The notes beneath the pieces are model-generated. The model was given only the letters and a program-made list of their open reading frames with translations, did not search any database and was not told where the DNA came from. A program made the position numbers and the translations under genes. Positions 26,691 to 36,573 of a DNA stretch of 64,000 bases are shown here, one piece after another. The stretch covers positions 124,001-188,000 of the IMG/VR virus record IMGVR_UViG_3300046787_000200; one strand, 5' to 3'. Within the stretch, counting starts at the first letter, position 1, and each line of letters begins with the position of its first letter.

Positions 26691-27848
26691 ATGGCAACAC
26701 GTAAACGTAATTCAGAGGACCATAGTCTAGTTAAAGCATTAAATCCACGGGATGCTGATGTTCAATATTACGGAGATGAACCTTTGTTCGTCTTACAACC
26801 AGATGAAGATAAGCGTAGATTAGCTCTAATGCGTAGTTTTACATGGTATAATCGTTTCTATGGCAAGAAAGATGCCAAAGAACTTATGTCCCAATTTCTG
26901 GATTTCAATAACAGAACCAGTGATGCAAAAATTATGCGTAAGATACATGAAAATGAATTCTTACTAACATTGTGCTGGTTGGCCCGTATGAAATTACGCG
27001 GTTTAGAATTAAGTGAACATGAAGAATTGACACTTGAAAAAGAGATCAGCCGACTGCTAAAGATTGTGCATAAGCCTGAGGAAATTAAAGTTGAAACTGA
27101 TGCCCCCGCAAGACCCAACATTCAGGATATTTTGCGTGATAAAGCAAAAGATGCCGCAGGGGAACTTGAAGGTATGTTTGATGAATTCATTCTGTACGGC
27201 AAAGCAAGCTCAAAAACAATGGACGTAGTTGCACGTTTCAATGTTATGCCACAACATATTGGGTTGATTGCTGATATTTGGAAGAAGAAACAGAATGAAT
27301 TTGATGAATTGCAAAAGGGCCTAGACAAGCAATTGACAGAAGGTTATAACCAACTGACAAAGATTCAAGTTCGTAATATTATTAAGTATATTGAAAATGT
27401 ACTAGCTGACTTGAATGCGTACATTTCAGTTAAGAAAGCAAGTAAAGCACCTCGTCAACGTAAAGCAGTACCTGTTGAAAAGATTGTAGCTAAACTTAAG
27501 TATCTTAAAACATTCAAAGATACTCCCAACAAGCTTGACTTGATATCTATCAGTCCTGTAAAATTGCATGGTGCAAGTGAAGCGTGGGTCTATGACACTG
27601 CAAAGCGTAAATTACATCACTATATTGCTGATGATTACTCAAAGGCATTTACGGTGAAAGGTAACACTATTCTTGGATTTGATACGAACAAGTCAGAGAT
27701 TAAGACACTACGTAAACCGGGTGAGCAAATCAAAGAAGTCATGGGTTCAAAGCCCGCGGCACGTAAATTCTTTGATGGAATTAAAGCAGTTGCAACTACT
27801 CCTAATGGTAGGTTCAACGAACACATGATTATTTTGAAAGCATTTTAA
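26691..27848 (+). CDS. Early hypothetical protein
   Basis: 385 aa basic ORF with strong promoter and SD. Confidence 0.75.
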   Translation: MATRKRNSEDHSLVKALNPRDADVQYYGDEPLFVLQPDEDKRRLALMRSFTWYNRFYGKKDAKELMSQFLDFNNRTSDAKIMRKIHENEFLLTLCWLARMKLRGLELSEHEELTLEKEISRLLKIVHKPEEIKVETDAPARPNIQDILRDKAKDAAGELEGMFDEFILYGKASSKTMDVVARFNVMPQHIGLIADIWKKKQNEFDELQKGLDKQLTEGYNQLTKIQVRNIIKYIENVLADLNAYISVKKASKAPRQRKAVPVEKIVAKLKYLKTFKDTPNKLDLISISPVKLHGASEAWVYDTAKRKLHHYIADDYSKAFTVKGNTILGFDTNKSEIKTLRKPGEQIKEVMGSKPAARKFFDGIKAVATTPNGRFNEHMIILKAF

Positions 27849-28267
27849 TGAGTAATATTGATTTAAACAAATACAAAGATTTTGTAGAAGCTGTAACCAG
27901 CAAAGCAAGTAATGACTTGACTACGTTTATGAACCGTTGTGATGAACTTGACGGTAACGATGGAGGACCTAGTATCAATGTTCCTTTGTTACTTACAGCT
28001 TGTCTTGGATTAGCGGCTGAAGGTGGTGAATTCATCGAAGTGCCCAAGAAAATCTTTTTTCAAGGTAAGCCACTAACTGATGCTCAAGTCTTTCACTTGA
28101 AGCGTGAACTTGGTGATGTTATGTGGTATTGGATCAATGCATGCCGAGCATTGAATCTTGACCCAAATGAAGTGATTGACGAGAACGTTCGCAAGTTAGA
28201 AAGTCGCTATCCCGGTGGAAGTTTTGACGCACATTATAGTGAGAATCGCAAAGAAGGCGATATCTAA
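27848..28267 (+). CDS. mazG: MazG-like NTP pyrophosphohydrolase
   Basis: LGLAAEGGEFIE...KK...ELGDVMWY...ENVRKLESRY. Confidence 0.88.
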   Translation: MSNIDLNKYKDFVEAVTSKASNDLTTFMNRCDELDGNDGGPSINVPLLLTACLGLAAEGGEFIEVPKKIFFQGKPLTDAQVFHLKRELGDVMWYWINACRALNLDPNEVIDENVRKLESRYPGGSFDAHYSENRKEGDI

Positions 28268-28274
28268 CGACCAA

Positions 28275-28307
28275 TAGTTTCCTGATAAATACAGTATCAG
28301 GAAACTA
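28275..28307 (+). promoter_or_regulatory. Late promoter embedded in an SD-sequestering hairpin
   Basis: Perfect 13-bp stem TAGTTTCCTGATA/TATCAGGAAACTA; GATAAATA at the apex, AGGA in the 3' arm. Confidence 0.8.
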
Positions 28308-28309
28308 AC

Positions 28310-29107
28310 ATGACTATATCCGCAACAGCAAACATTCTTTCTACCCCATCTGGATTAACACTAGATGAGTTGAAACAAGCATTATTTCAAAACCTTCGTT
28401 ATCGTTTAGGTGACGGAATCATTGACCTTGAATTAGATCCACAACACTTTGAAGCGGCTTACAACTATGCCATTAAAGTATATCGTCAACGTGCTCAAAA
28501 TGCTACGGCTGAATCATATACATTAATGACTATTGTAAAGAATGTTGATACATATACACTTCCGCAAGAGTTTATTAATGTTCGTTGTCTATATCGTAGA
28601 ACGATTGGATTAGAAACAGGCCCATCAAGCACTAGCTTTGATCCGTTCAGTTCAGCTATTCTAAACACTTATTTGCTAAACTACAACTATGCAGGTGGTA
28701 TGGCAACATATGACTTCTATGCAGGTTATGTTGAATTAGCCGCACGTATGTTCGGTGGCTATGTTATCTATACATTTGATCCAGTCACAAAAGTTATTCG
28801 TATCGTGCGTGACCCGAAGGGTTCAGGTGAACATGTTCTTATTTGGGCTGATGTACAAAGACCTGAAGAAGTGATATTACAAGACCCGGGTGCTGGTGTA
28901 TGGATCGGTGACTTTATATTAGCTAATCTTAAGTTAATCATTGGTGAAGCACGTGAGAAGTTTGGTTCTATCGCAGGACCAGGTGGCGGCACAACATTAA
29001 ACGGAACAGCCATGAAAGCTGAAGGTAAGGCTGCAATGGAACAATTAATTGACGAATTGAAACGATATGTAGATTACAGTCAACCACTAACTTGGGTGCA
29101 AGGTTAA
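28310..29107 (+). CDS. Neck protein (T4 gp13-like)
   Basis: LRYRLGDGIIDLELDPQHFEAAYNYAI; LIIGEAREKF...GGGTTLNG. Confidence 0.8.
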   Translation: MTISATANILSTPSGLTLDELKQALFQNLRYRLGDGIIDLELDPQHFEAAYNYAIKVYRQRAQNATAESYTLMTIVKNVDTYTLPQEFINVRCLYRRTIGLETGPSSTSFDPFSSAILNTYLLNYNYAGGMATYDFYAGYVELAARMFGGYVIYTFDPVTKVIRIVRDPKGSGEHVLIWADVQRPEEVILQDPGAGVWIGDFILANLKLIIGEAREKFGSIAGPGGGTTLNGTAMKAEGKAAMEQLIDELKRYVDYSQPLTWVQG

Positions 29108-29116
29108 AATAATCTC

Positions 29117-29145
29117 TTTACTTTACAAGACTCCTGTAGTATAAT
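29117..29145 (+). promoter_or_regulatory. Sigma70-type promoter inside a terminator-like hairpin
   Basis: TTTACT-17nt-TATAAT; stem ACTCCTGTAGTA/TACTACGGGAGT followed by T6. Confidence 0.65.
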
Positions 29146-29165
29146 AAGTACTACGGGAGTTTTTT

Positions 29166-29798
29166 ATGATTATTGGAGTAACAGGATTGATCGGTAGCGG
29201 CAAAGACACTATTGCTGACTATCTTTGTACATTTCACGGATTTAAAAGAATGAGTTTTGCATCCTCATTAAAAGATGCAGTAGCTAGTGTATTTGGTTGG
29301 AATAGAGAGTACCTTGAAGGTTCTACTAAAGCTAGCAGAGCATGGAGAGAACAGAAAGACGAGTGGTGGAGTAATCGTTTAGGTATGGAGATCACACCTA
29401 GATGGGTATTGCAATACTGGGGAACCGAAGTATGTCGTAATGGATTTCACAATGACATTTGGGTTGCTAGTGTCGAAAACAAACTACGTCAAACTGATGA
29501 AAACATTGTAATTACTGATTGTAGATTCGCTAATGAAATTAAATCTATCAAGGAAATAGGTGGAATTACTATGCGAGTTACTAGAGGTCAGCCACCAGAC
29601 TGGTACGATGCCGCAGTATCTTATAACAAAGGTGAGCATGGTAACATGAGTTGGTCTTTGAGTAAAGCTAAACTAGATAGAAATAGAGTTCATGCAAGTG
29701 AATATTCCAGCGTCGGTTTGGACTACGATCATTATATTGATAACAACGGCACGATTGATGATTTACACAAGCAAGTCAATTTAGTGATCAACTTCTAA
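29166..29798 (+). CDS. Deoxynucleoside monophosphate kinase (T4 gp1-like)
   Basis: GLIGSGKDT P-loop, SFASSLKD, TPRWVLQYWGTE, ITDCRF. Confidence 0.9.
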   Translation: MIIGVTGLIGSGKDTIADYLCTFHGFKRMSFASSLKDAVASVFGWNREYLEGSTKASRAWREQKDEWWSNRLGMEITPRWVLQYWGTEVCRNGFHNDIWVASVENKLRQTDENIVITDCRFANEIKSIKEIGGITMRVTRGQPPDWYDAAVSYNKGEHGNMSWSLSKAKLDRNRVHASEYSSVGLDYDHYIDNNGTIDDLHKQVNLVINF

Positions 29799-30128
29799 GT
29801 CACCTCTACGCCAGGTAACTTCTTTCTTCTTTACAATTTCAACACAATTAAGACATATACTACGTAGATTAATTAGATTGCAATTGTTTAGATTACCATC
29901 GATATGAAATACGGTAATCTGAGAAGGTAACACACTTTTGAAGCCACATAAGTCACATGTGGCTTTTTTCTTATAGCCTGCATTTTTCCATCTAGCACTT
30001 CTAGGCTTCAGTTTATTCTTCTTACGACCACACTCATCGCATATACTGCGATAATGAGTAACTCCTGCACGGATATAATTTACAGCACAGTGATTCTTTC
30101 CGCATGTTTTACATATAGGTCTTAACAT
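29781..30128 (-). CDS. Zn-finger/HNH-like protein, probably degenerate nuclease
   Basis: Four CxxC pairs; HIDGNLNN...NL...CLNC; start moved to ATG30128, 4 nt after TATAAATA. Confidence 0.7.
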   Translation of the reverse strand: MLRPICKTCGKNHCAVNYIRAGVTHYRSICDECGRKKNKLKPRSARWKNAGYKKKATCDLCGFKSVLPSQITVFHIDGNLNNCNLINLRSICLNCVEIVKKKEVTWRRGDLEVDH

Positions 30129-30244
30129 GCAGTATTTATAGCCTTCGAAGGCACGGTTATTGGCTCTTTTTATAAGTATTCGATAAATAATAATATGCAA
30201 TTTAGGTAGTAAACCTCATAATTTTACATAAAGGAAAAAATAAA

Positions 30245-33200
30245 ATGGCATTAACCTCACCAGGCGTAGAAGTAACGATTACAGATGAAAGTCAATACTT
30301 ACCAGCCCCAACAAATTCAGTCCCACTAGTTCTATTAGCAACTGCACAAAATAAAGCAAATGCTAGTGGTACAGGTGTAGCAGTGGCAACAACCGCAGCC
30401 AACGCTAATAAATTATATCAAGTAACAAGTCAACGTGATTTAGTAAATTTATATGGTACACCGTTCTTCTACACAACGACCAATGGTACGCCAATTCAAG
30501 GTTACGAATTAAATGAATACGGTTTATTAGCGGCTTATAGCTTGCTAGGTGTTACAAATCGTTGTTATGTATTACGTGCAGATATTGACCTAGCAAGTTT
30601 AGTAGGTCAAACAGGTCGTCCAACTGGTGCACCAACTGACGGTACATACTGGTTAGATAGTACTACTACAACTTGGGGTATCTACGAGTTCAATGCTACT
30701 ACTGGTCAATTCTCATTACAGAATCCTATCGTAATTACTGATGCAGCCGATATGTCAGCCGGATTCCCATTAGCAAGTATTGGTAGTATTGGTGATTATG
30801 CAGTTAACGCAATAGAAGTAACAACCGACGCTACAAATGCTGATAGAACATATTATTATAAGACAACTGACAATGCATGGGCTATCTTAGGTGGTTCAGC
30901 ATGGAAAGCAGATGTTCCTGCAGTAATTTCAAGCTTGTCTAATCCAGACGTTGCCGCTGGCACAATGATTATTAGCTTGTCAGGTTCTGTATCTGTAACA
31001 CTAACTATCGGTGGTAGTGATACAGTAGGTGACGTTGCAACTGCAATTAATGGTTTAGGTTGGGATTATCTAGCAGCCGAAGTTCGTAGTGGTAAATTAT
31101 GTTTATTCACACGCCAACGTTTAACTACAGGTAGTGCGAACGCTTATATTGGTTTGAGTGGTACATCATTGACTTCTATGGGTCTAACTGCAGGTGATTA
31201 TTATACACCAACTGTATCATATGGTACAAGTGCGCAGATGCCATTATGGACAGCAAGTCAAACAACTCCTCGTCCAACAGGATCTGTTTGGATTAAAGTC
31301 GGTGCTGCCGGTACTGGATTAGCTCCAGTAATGTCACAATATAGTACTGCTACAGCATCATGGATATCAAAATCAGTTGCATTAGCAACAAGTGATTGGG
31401 CAGTTACTTCAACATTAGATTCAACAGGCGGTCAAGCTATCCCTGCAGGATCAATATATGGACAATATTATTATAACGGTACTAGCACAACTGCTCCGGT
31501 ATACTTCTGGGAAAGACTAGCTACAGGTGCTACAGTAGTAACAGGTGATAATACAACACCAGATTTCGCATCAGGTCCATATTACATGAACGTATATGTG
31601 TCAGTTCCCGGTAGTTCATCACTAAGTTCTGCATATAATTTCACATTAGCAGGTAGTAGTAATGCTACTGATTTCGTTACCGCATGGTATGCGGCAGGTA
31701 TTCCTTACACGACCGCAGTTGTAACTACAGACGGTGCAATTCAAGTGACTCATACTGAGGGTGGCGAAATTATCATGGACGATACTGTAAATTCATCATT
31801 TGCAGGAACAGGTATTTCTAATGGTCTAATAGTTGAAGCAGGTTTTACATCTGGTACAACTACAGGTGCTAAGTACGGTCCTACTGTAAGTGCTACGTTT
31901 TCAGGTGTTGCGCAAGCAGGAACACAAACAGGAACATCAGGTTCAGGTGCTACATTTAATATAGAATCTATCTATAACATCTACATTCCTGTAGGTGACG
32001 GTGTTCAAGCCGGTGGTAGTGGTTATGCGGTAGGTGATACAATCACAATCGCAGGTACAGTGTTAGGTGGATCATCTCCTGCAAACGATTTAGAAGTTGT
32101 AGTAACTGCAGTATCTGCTGGTGCATTGTCAGCAGTAACATTTGTTTCAGGTGAACCTGAAGCACAGTATAGAACTCAATTAAGTAACTGGGTAGAATTC
32201 ACCTATACTGCTAATGAAGGTGCTCCTAGTGAAGCCCCTGCTAATAATACAAACTGGTTCTATAGTGTTGTTGACCAAGTTGATATTATGGTTCAAAAAG
32301 CTGGTGCCTGGATTGGTTATAAAAACACAGCATATGATTCAACAGGTGCTCCAGTTGCGGCTTCAGGCGCAGGCGCTACAGATCCAAATGGTCCTATAAT
32401 AAGTGCTACTGCACCTACAACTCAAAGTGACGGTACTGCATTGGTATACGGTGACTTGTGGATTGACACAAGCAACTTAGAAGTATATCCAGTAATCAGC
32501 CGTTGGGAAAGCGTTGATGGAGAAAATACATGGGTATTAATTAACAATGCAGACCAGGTAAGTAGCACTGGTGCATTATTTGCCGATGCTCGTTGGGCAA
32601 CAAGTGGTAACGTAAGTCCAGTTGATGATCCTATACCAACTATCGTTAGTTTGCTAACAAGCAACTACTTAGATTTAGATGCTCCTGATCCAAGTCTATA
32701 TCCACAAGGTATGTTGTTGTTTAACACACGCCGTAGTGGTTATAACGTTAAGCAATTCCGTGTTAATTATTTTAACAATACTAACTTCCCAGGTGAAACA
32801 CTGCCTGCACAAACTGATGCATGGGTGACAGTAAGTGGTAATTCTTCTAACGGTGCACCATATATGGGTCGTGCGGCACAACGTGCTATGGTTGTACAAG
32901 CATTGCGTTCAGCAATCGATACAAACACCGACATACGTGATGAAGATAATTACTTCAATTTAATGGCTACACCTAACTATCCAGAACTACAGCCTAACAT
33001 GGTTGTGTTGAATGCAGATCGTGGTGAGACAGGCTATATTATCGGTGATACTCCATTAGGATTAGCTGATAGTGCTACTGACATTCAAGCTTGGGCTAAC
33101 AACGATGCAGGTGCTACAAGCACAGGTGAAACTGGTTTAGTTACACGTAATACTTACTTGGGTCTATTCTATCCAAGCGGAATTACAAATGACTTGTCAG

Positions 33201-33805
33201 GCAATGAAGTTGTTGTTCCAGCATCACATATGATGTTACGCACATTCTTACGTAACGACACAGTGGCTTATCCTTGGTTAGCGGCAGCAGGTACTCGTCG
33301 TGGTAACATTGACAATGCATTGAACATTGGTTACTTAGATCGTCAGACTGGCGAATTCCAAGCAATTAAGACACGTTTAGGAATACGTGATGTATTGTAT
33401 ATTAATCAAATCAATCCATTAGTATTCTTTACTGGTGTTGGTTTGTTGAACTATGGTAACAAAAACAGTTTCAATTCACAAAGCGCATTAGATAGAACTA
33501 ACGTTGCACGTTTAGTTAACTATATCCGTCGTCAATTGACATTGGCAGCAAGACCGTTCGTATTTGAACCTAACGATGCATTAACACGTAATAGTATTGC
33601 AGGCGTAATTCAAACATTGATGGTTGACTTAGTTGCTAAACGTGGTCTCTATGATTATCTTGTAGTTTGTGATGAGTCAAACAACACACCGGCAAGAATT
33701 GATAGAAATGAATTGTGGGTAGACGTTGCAATTGAGCCTGTTAAGGCAGCTGAATTCATCTACATCCCGGTTCGTGTTTTAAACACAGGTGAATTATCAC
33801 AGTAA
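30245..33805 (+). CDS. Contractile tail sheath protein (T4 gp18-like)
   Basis: SPGVEV N-terminus; WLAAAGTRRG, DESNNTPARIDRNELWVDVAIEPVKAAEFI C-terminus. Confidence 0.95.
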   Translation: MALTSPGVEVTITDESQYLPAPTNSVPLVLLATAQNKANASGTGVAVATTAANANKLYQVTSQRDLVNLYGTPFFYTTTNGTPIQGYELNEYGLLAAYSLLGVTNRCYVLRADIDLASLVGQTGRPTGAPTDGTYWLDSTTTTWGIYEFNATTGQFSLQNPIVITDAADMSAGFPLASIGSIGDYAVNAIEVTTDATNADRTYYYKTTDNAWAILGGSAWKADVPAVISSLSNPDVAAGTMIISLSGSVSVTLTIGGSDTVGDVATAINGLGWDYLAAEVRSGKLCLFTRQRLTTGSANAYIGLSGTSLTSMGLTAGDYYTPTVSYGTSAQMPLWTASQTTPRPTGSVWIKVGAAGTGLAPVMSQYSTATASWISKSVALATSDWAVTSTLDSTGGQAIPAGSIYGQYYYNGTSTTAPVYFWERLATGATVVTGDNTTPDFASGPYYMNVYVSVPGSSSLSSAYNFTLAGSSNATDFVTAWYAAGIPYTTAVVTTDGAIQVTHTEGGEIIMDDTVNSSFAGTGISNGLIVEAGFTSGTTTGAKYGPTVSATFSGVAQAGTQTGTSGSGATFNIESIYNIYIPVGDGVQAGGSGYAVGDTITIAGTVLGGSSPANDLEVVVTAVSAGALSAVTFVSGEPEAQYRTQLSNWVEFTYTANEGAPSEAPANNTNWFYSVVDQVDIMVQKAGAWIGYKNTAYDSTGAPVAASGAGATDPNGPIISATAPTTQSDGTALVYGDLWIDTSNLEVYPVISRWESVDGENTWVLINNADQVSSTGALFADARWATSGNVSPVDDPIPTIVSLLTSNYLDLDAPDPSLYPQGMLLFNTRRSGYNVKQFRVNYFNNTNFPGETLPAQTDAWVTVSGNSSNGAPYMGRAAQRAMVVQALRSAIDTNTDIRDEDNYFNLMATPNYPELQPNMVVLNADRGETGYIIGDTPLGLADSATDIQAWANNDAGATSTGETGLVTRNTYLGLFYPSGITNDLSGNEVVVPASHMMLRTFLRNDTVAYPWLAAAGTRRGNIDNALNIGYLDRQTGEFQAIKTRLGIRDVLYINQINPLVFFTGVGLLNYGNKNSFNSQSALDRTNVARLVNYIRRQLTLAARPFVFEPNDALTRNSIAGVIQTLMVDLVAKRGLYDYLVVCDESNNTPARIDRNELWVDVAIEPVKAAEFIYIPVRVLNTGELSQ

Positions 33806-33813
33806 TTTAAATA

Positions 33814-33837
33814 TCCCCCTAGCAATAGGGGGAGTTT
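33814..33837 (+). terminator. Intrinsic terminator/stabilising hairpin after sheath gene
   Basis: TCCCCCTA-GCAA-TAGGGGGA, short T tract. Confidence 0.65.
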
Positions 33838-33871
33838 AAAAAGATAAATATATATAACAGGAGATTAAAAA

Positions 33872-34507
33872 ATGGCAATAGCCTCACAATCATTGTTCAA
33901 CATGACCGTAGCTAGCGATAACGCTGGTGGTAATCAAGGCTTATTAATGCCTAAATTACAATATCGTTTTAGAGTTAACTTTCTAAATTTCGGTACTGGC
34001 GCTACTGTTGAATTAACAAAACAAGTAATGGATATCAATCGTCCACAAATCAGCTTTGAAGAAATTACACTACCTATCTATAACTCAACATTATATTTGG
34101 CAGGTAAACACAGTTGGAATGAATTGACAGTTAACTTACGTGACGATGCTTCAGGTAGTGTTTCTAAATTAGTTGGTCAACAAGTTCAGAAACAATTAGA
34201 TATGGTTGAGCAAGCATCAGCCGCAACTGGTCAAGATTATAAGTTCCAAACAAACATTGAAATCTTAGATGGTGGTAATGGTACTGCTACTCCTATCGTA
34301 TTAGAAACATGGGAATGCTATGGTTGCTATCTAAAGACAGCTAACTATGGTTCATTAAACTATGGTTCAAATGAAGTTGCAACAATCGCATTGACTATAC
34401 GTTACGATAACGCAGTTCAATCTCCATTGACTTCTGGTGTTGGTACGAATATTGGTCGAATCTTAGGTGGTTCTATCGTTACTGGTATTGGCGCGGGTCA
34501 AGGTTAA
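33872..34507 (+). CDS. Tail tube protein (T4 gp19-like)
   Basis: Follows sheath; MPKLQYRFRV, LAGKHSW, LRDD, LTIRYD. Confidence 0.85.
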   Translation: MAIASQSLFNMTVASDNAGGNQGLLMPKLQYRFRVNFLNFGTGATVELTKQVMDINRPQISFEEITLPIYNSTLYLAGKHSWNELTVNLRDDASGSVSKLVGQQVQKQLDMVEQASAATGQDYKFQTNIEILDGGNGTATPIVLETWECYGCYLKTANYGSLNYGSNEVATIALTIRYDNAVQSPLTSGVGTNIGRILGGSIVTGIGAGQG

Positions 34508-34529
34508 TTAGTAAACTAGGCCTAACTCA

Positions 34530-35732
34530 ATGGCTGGATTTTTTCAGGACTTACTAACAGGCGCTGCCGAAGGTTTCTTCGGCAACGACTACCTGCGTGA
34601 TTATACTCATGCCGCAAAAACTTTCAGACCAAATGCATATCAATATGCACCTAAACTAAAGTTTTTATTCCATGTATATTTTGAAATCAATCCAGCTGTT
34701 TATTCAGTCGGTCTAGCTACTGGAACTAATTTTGGTCTAGCTGTTAAGACAGTAAAGTTACCATCATATAGTTTTGACACACATACGATGAATCAATACA
34801 ATCGTAAACGTATTGTTCAAACAAAAATTAAATATGATCCAATAGATATAGCTTTCCATGATGATAATGGAAATAGCATTCGTAATATGTGGTATAACTA
34901 TTACACATATTATTATAAAGATGCTACTAAGCCTATATCTGTTACTGCAGGACGTGTAGGTCCTCAATTGCCTACTAATGCTCCCTTGAATCTATCGGCT
35001 GACTACAATTCACGTAACGTATATAATAACTCAATTTACGGAGACGAAGATTGGGGATATATCGGTGACACCTCAGTTCCTTCACAAACTTTATTAAACT
35101 CATCAATTGGAAACAGCAAGATTCCATTCTTTAAGAACATAAAAGTATATGGGTTTAATCAACATAATTTTGTATTATATACATTAATAAATCCTATCAT
35201 TACTCGTTTTGCGCATGATACATACGACTACAGTGCAGGTAATGGTGTTATGACTAATACAATGACTATTGATTACGAGACTGTACAATATGCAGAAGGA
35301 GCAGTTGACGGAAATGCACCAAGTAATACTGTTCCTGGATTTGGTATGGATGAAAATTATGATAGAACATTAAGTCCTATTGCAAGACTAGGTTCTAATC
35401 AAACTATTTTAGGTCAAGGTGGTTTAGTAGATGCAGCCGGCGGATTTACTCAAGCATTATATGATGGTAATTTATTGGGTGCTATTCAAATTGCAGGAAC
35501 ATCATACAACACATTTAAAAATGCAAACTTAAAACAAGTGGCTAAATCAGATATCAATGGTATACTAACACAAGCTACTCAACAAGCACTACCTAGTAGC
35601 GTTAGGGGTAATACATATTATCCAGGATACGGTGTTACTCCAGCTGGTCAAGCAACGGCAGGTGCGCCAACAGCAGGTGTGTTATCTTCACCGGCTAAGA
35701 TTGGTACACAATCTGCAGGCACTCAAAATTAA
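34530..35732 (+). CDS. Tube-fold baseplate/tube initiator (gp48/gp54-like)
   Basis: VKLPSYSFDT...NQYNRKR...YDPIDIAFHDD...MTIDYE tube-like pattern. Confidence 0.65.
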   Translation: MAGFFQDLLTGAAEGFFGNDYLRDYTHAAKTFRPNAYQYAPKLKFLFHVYFEINPAVYSVGLATGTNFGLAVKTVKLPSYSFDTHTMNQYNRKRIVQTKIKYDPIDIAFHDDNGNSIRNMWYNYYTYYYKDATKPISVTAGRVGPQLPTNAPLNLSADYNSRNVYNNSIYGDEDWGYIGDTSVPSQTLLNSSIGNSKIPFFKNIKVYGFNQHNFVLYTLINPIITRFAHDTYDYSAGNGVMTNTMTIDYETVQYAEGAVDGNAPSNTVPGFGMDENYDRTLSPIARLGSNQTILGQGGLVDAAGGFTQALYDGNLLGAIQIAGTSYNTFKNANLKQVAKSDINGILTQATQQALPSSVRGNTYYPGYGVTPAGQATAGAPTAGVLSSPAKIGTQSAGTQN

Positions 35733-35761
35733 ATGTATAAATACTCTTAGGAGATTTATAC

Positions 35762-36124
35762 ATGGCTAGAATACTTGATTCCCGCTCACAACTAGATTCA
35801 ACAGTAAGAATATTTGATGACTTTTATGCATTTGACTTAGTAGTCAACGGTAATGAGTATGACATTGTTCACGGCTATTTTGTGTCAGTATGTGAAACTA
35901 GACAAATAGCAGATAATTTTACTGTGAATTTGTTTAGAATATCACAACAAACACAAATTCCTGTATTAGACTTACTAAACTATATTAGAGGTCTTAACAA
36001 TAAATTAGAAATGAATACTGTTATAACATACTATCTTAACAGTTTTAAAAGTAAAACATCATTATATGGTATAGGTAAAGTACCTCAACCAAATCAGAAT
36101 GTAGCTAGAAACATTGTATTATAA
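35762..36124 (+). CDS. Hypothetical late protein
   Basis: TATAAATA box and AGGAG SD. Confidence 0.7.
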   Translation: MARILDSRSQLDSTVRIFDDFYAFDLVVNGNEYDIVHGYFVSVCETRQIADNFTVNLFRISQQTQIPVLDLLNYIRGLNNKLEMNTVITYYLNSFKSKTSLYGIGKVPQPNQNVARNIVL

Positions 36125-36561
36125 TGGCTAAATTTGCACAGGGAGTATATACCCCAAAGAATCCTGCAAAATATGTAGGGAAACATGCACCTAGATATCG
36201 TAGTGGTTGGGAACTTACCTTTATGACTTTCTGTGATAGCAATAGTAGCGTATTGTATTGGGCTAGTGAATCATTTAGTGTTCCGTATCGTCATCCATTT
36301 ACAGGAAAACAAACAATTTATATACCTGATTTCTTTGTAGTTTATCAAAATAAGTATGGTAAACAGATAGCAGAAGTTGTAGAAATTAAACCAAAAAAAC
36401 AAAGTCTTATAGAAAGTAAAGTTGCTAGTGCTAAAGATAGAATGGTAGTAGCAATCAATCATGCTAAGTGGCAAGCCGCAATGGCTTTCTGCAAACAGCA
36501 AGGTTTTACGTTTCGTGTAATTACTGAAGATGACCTTTTTCATCAGGGTAAACGAAAGTAA
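36124..36561 (+). CDS. Head completion nuclease (T4 gp4-like, TnsA-like fold)
   Basis: PKNPAKY, YRSGWE, WASE, YIPDF, EIKP, AKWQAA, FRVITE. Confidence 0.88.
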   Translation: MAKFAQGVYTPKNPAKYVGKHAPRYRSGWELTFMTFCDSNSSVLYWASESFSVPYRHPFTGKQTIYIPDFFVVYQNKYGKQIAEVVEIKPKKQSLIESKVASAKDRMVVAINHAKWQAAMAFCKQQGFTFRVITEDDLFHQGKRK

Positions 36562-36573
36562 ATAAATACTTTT

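Noticed and set aside
36124-36561. TnsA transposase or mobile element
   Set aside because: Matches the T4 gp4-type head completion nuclease in a tail/head cluster; no TnsB/C or terminal repeats
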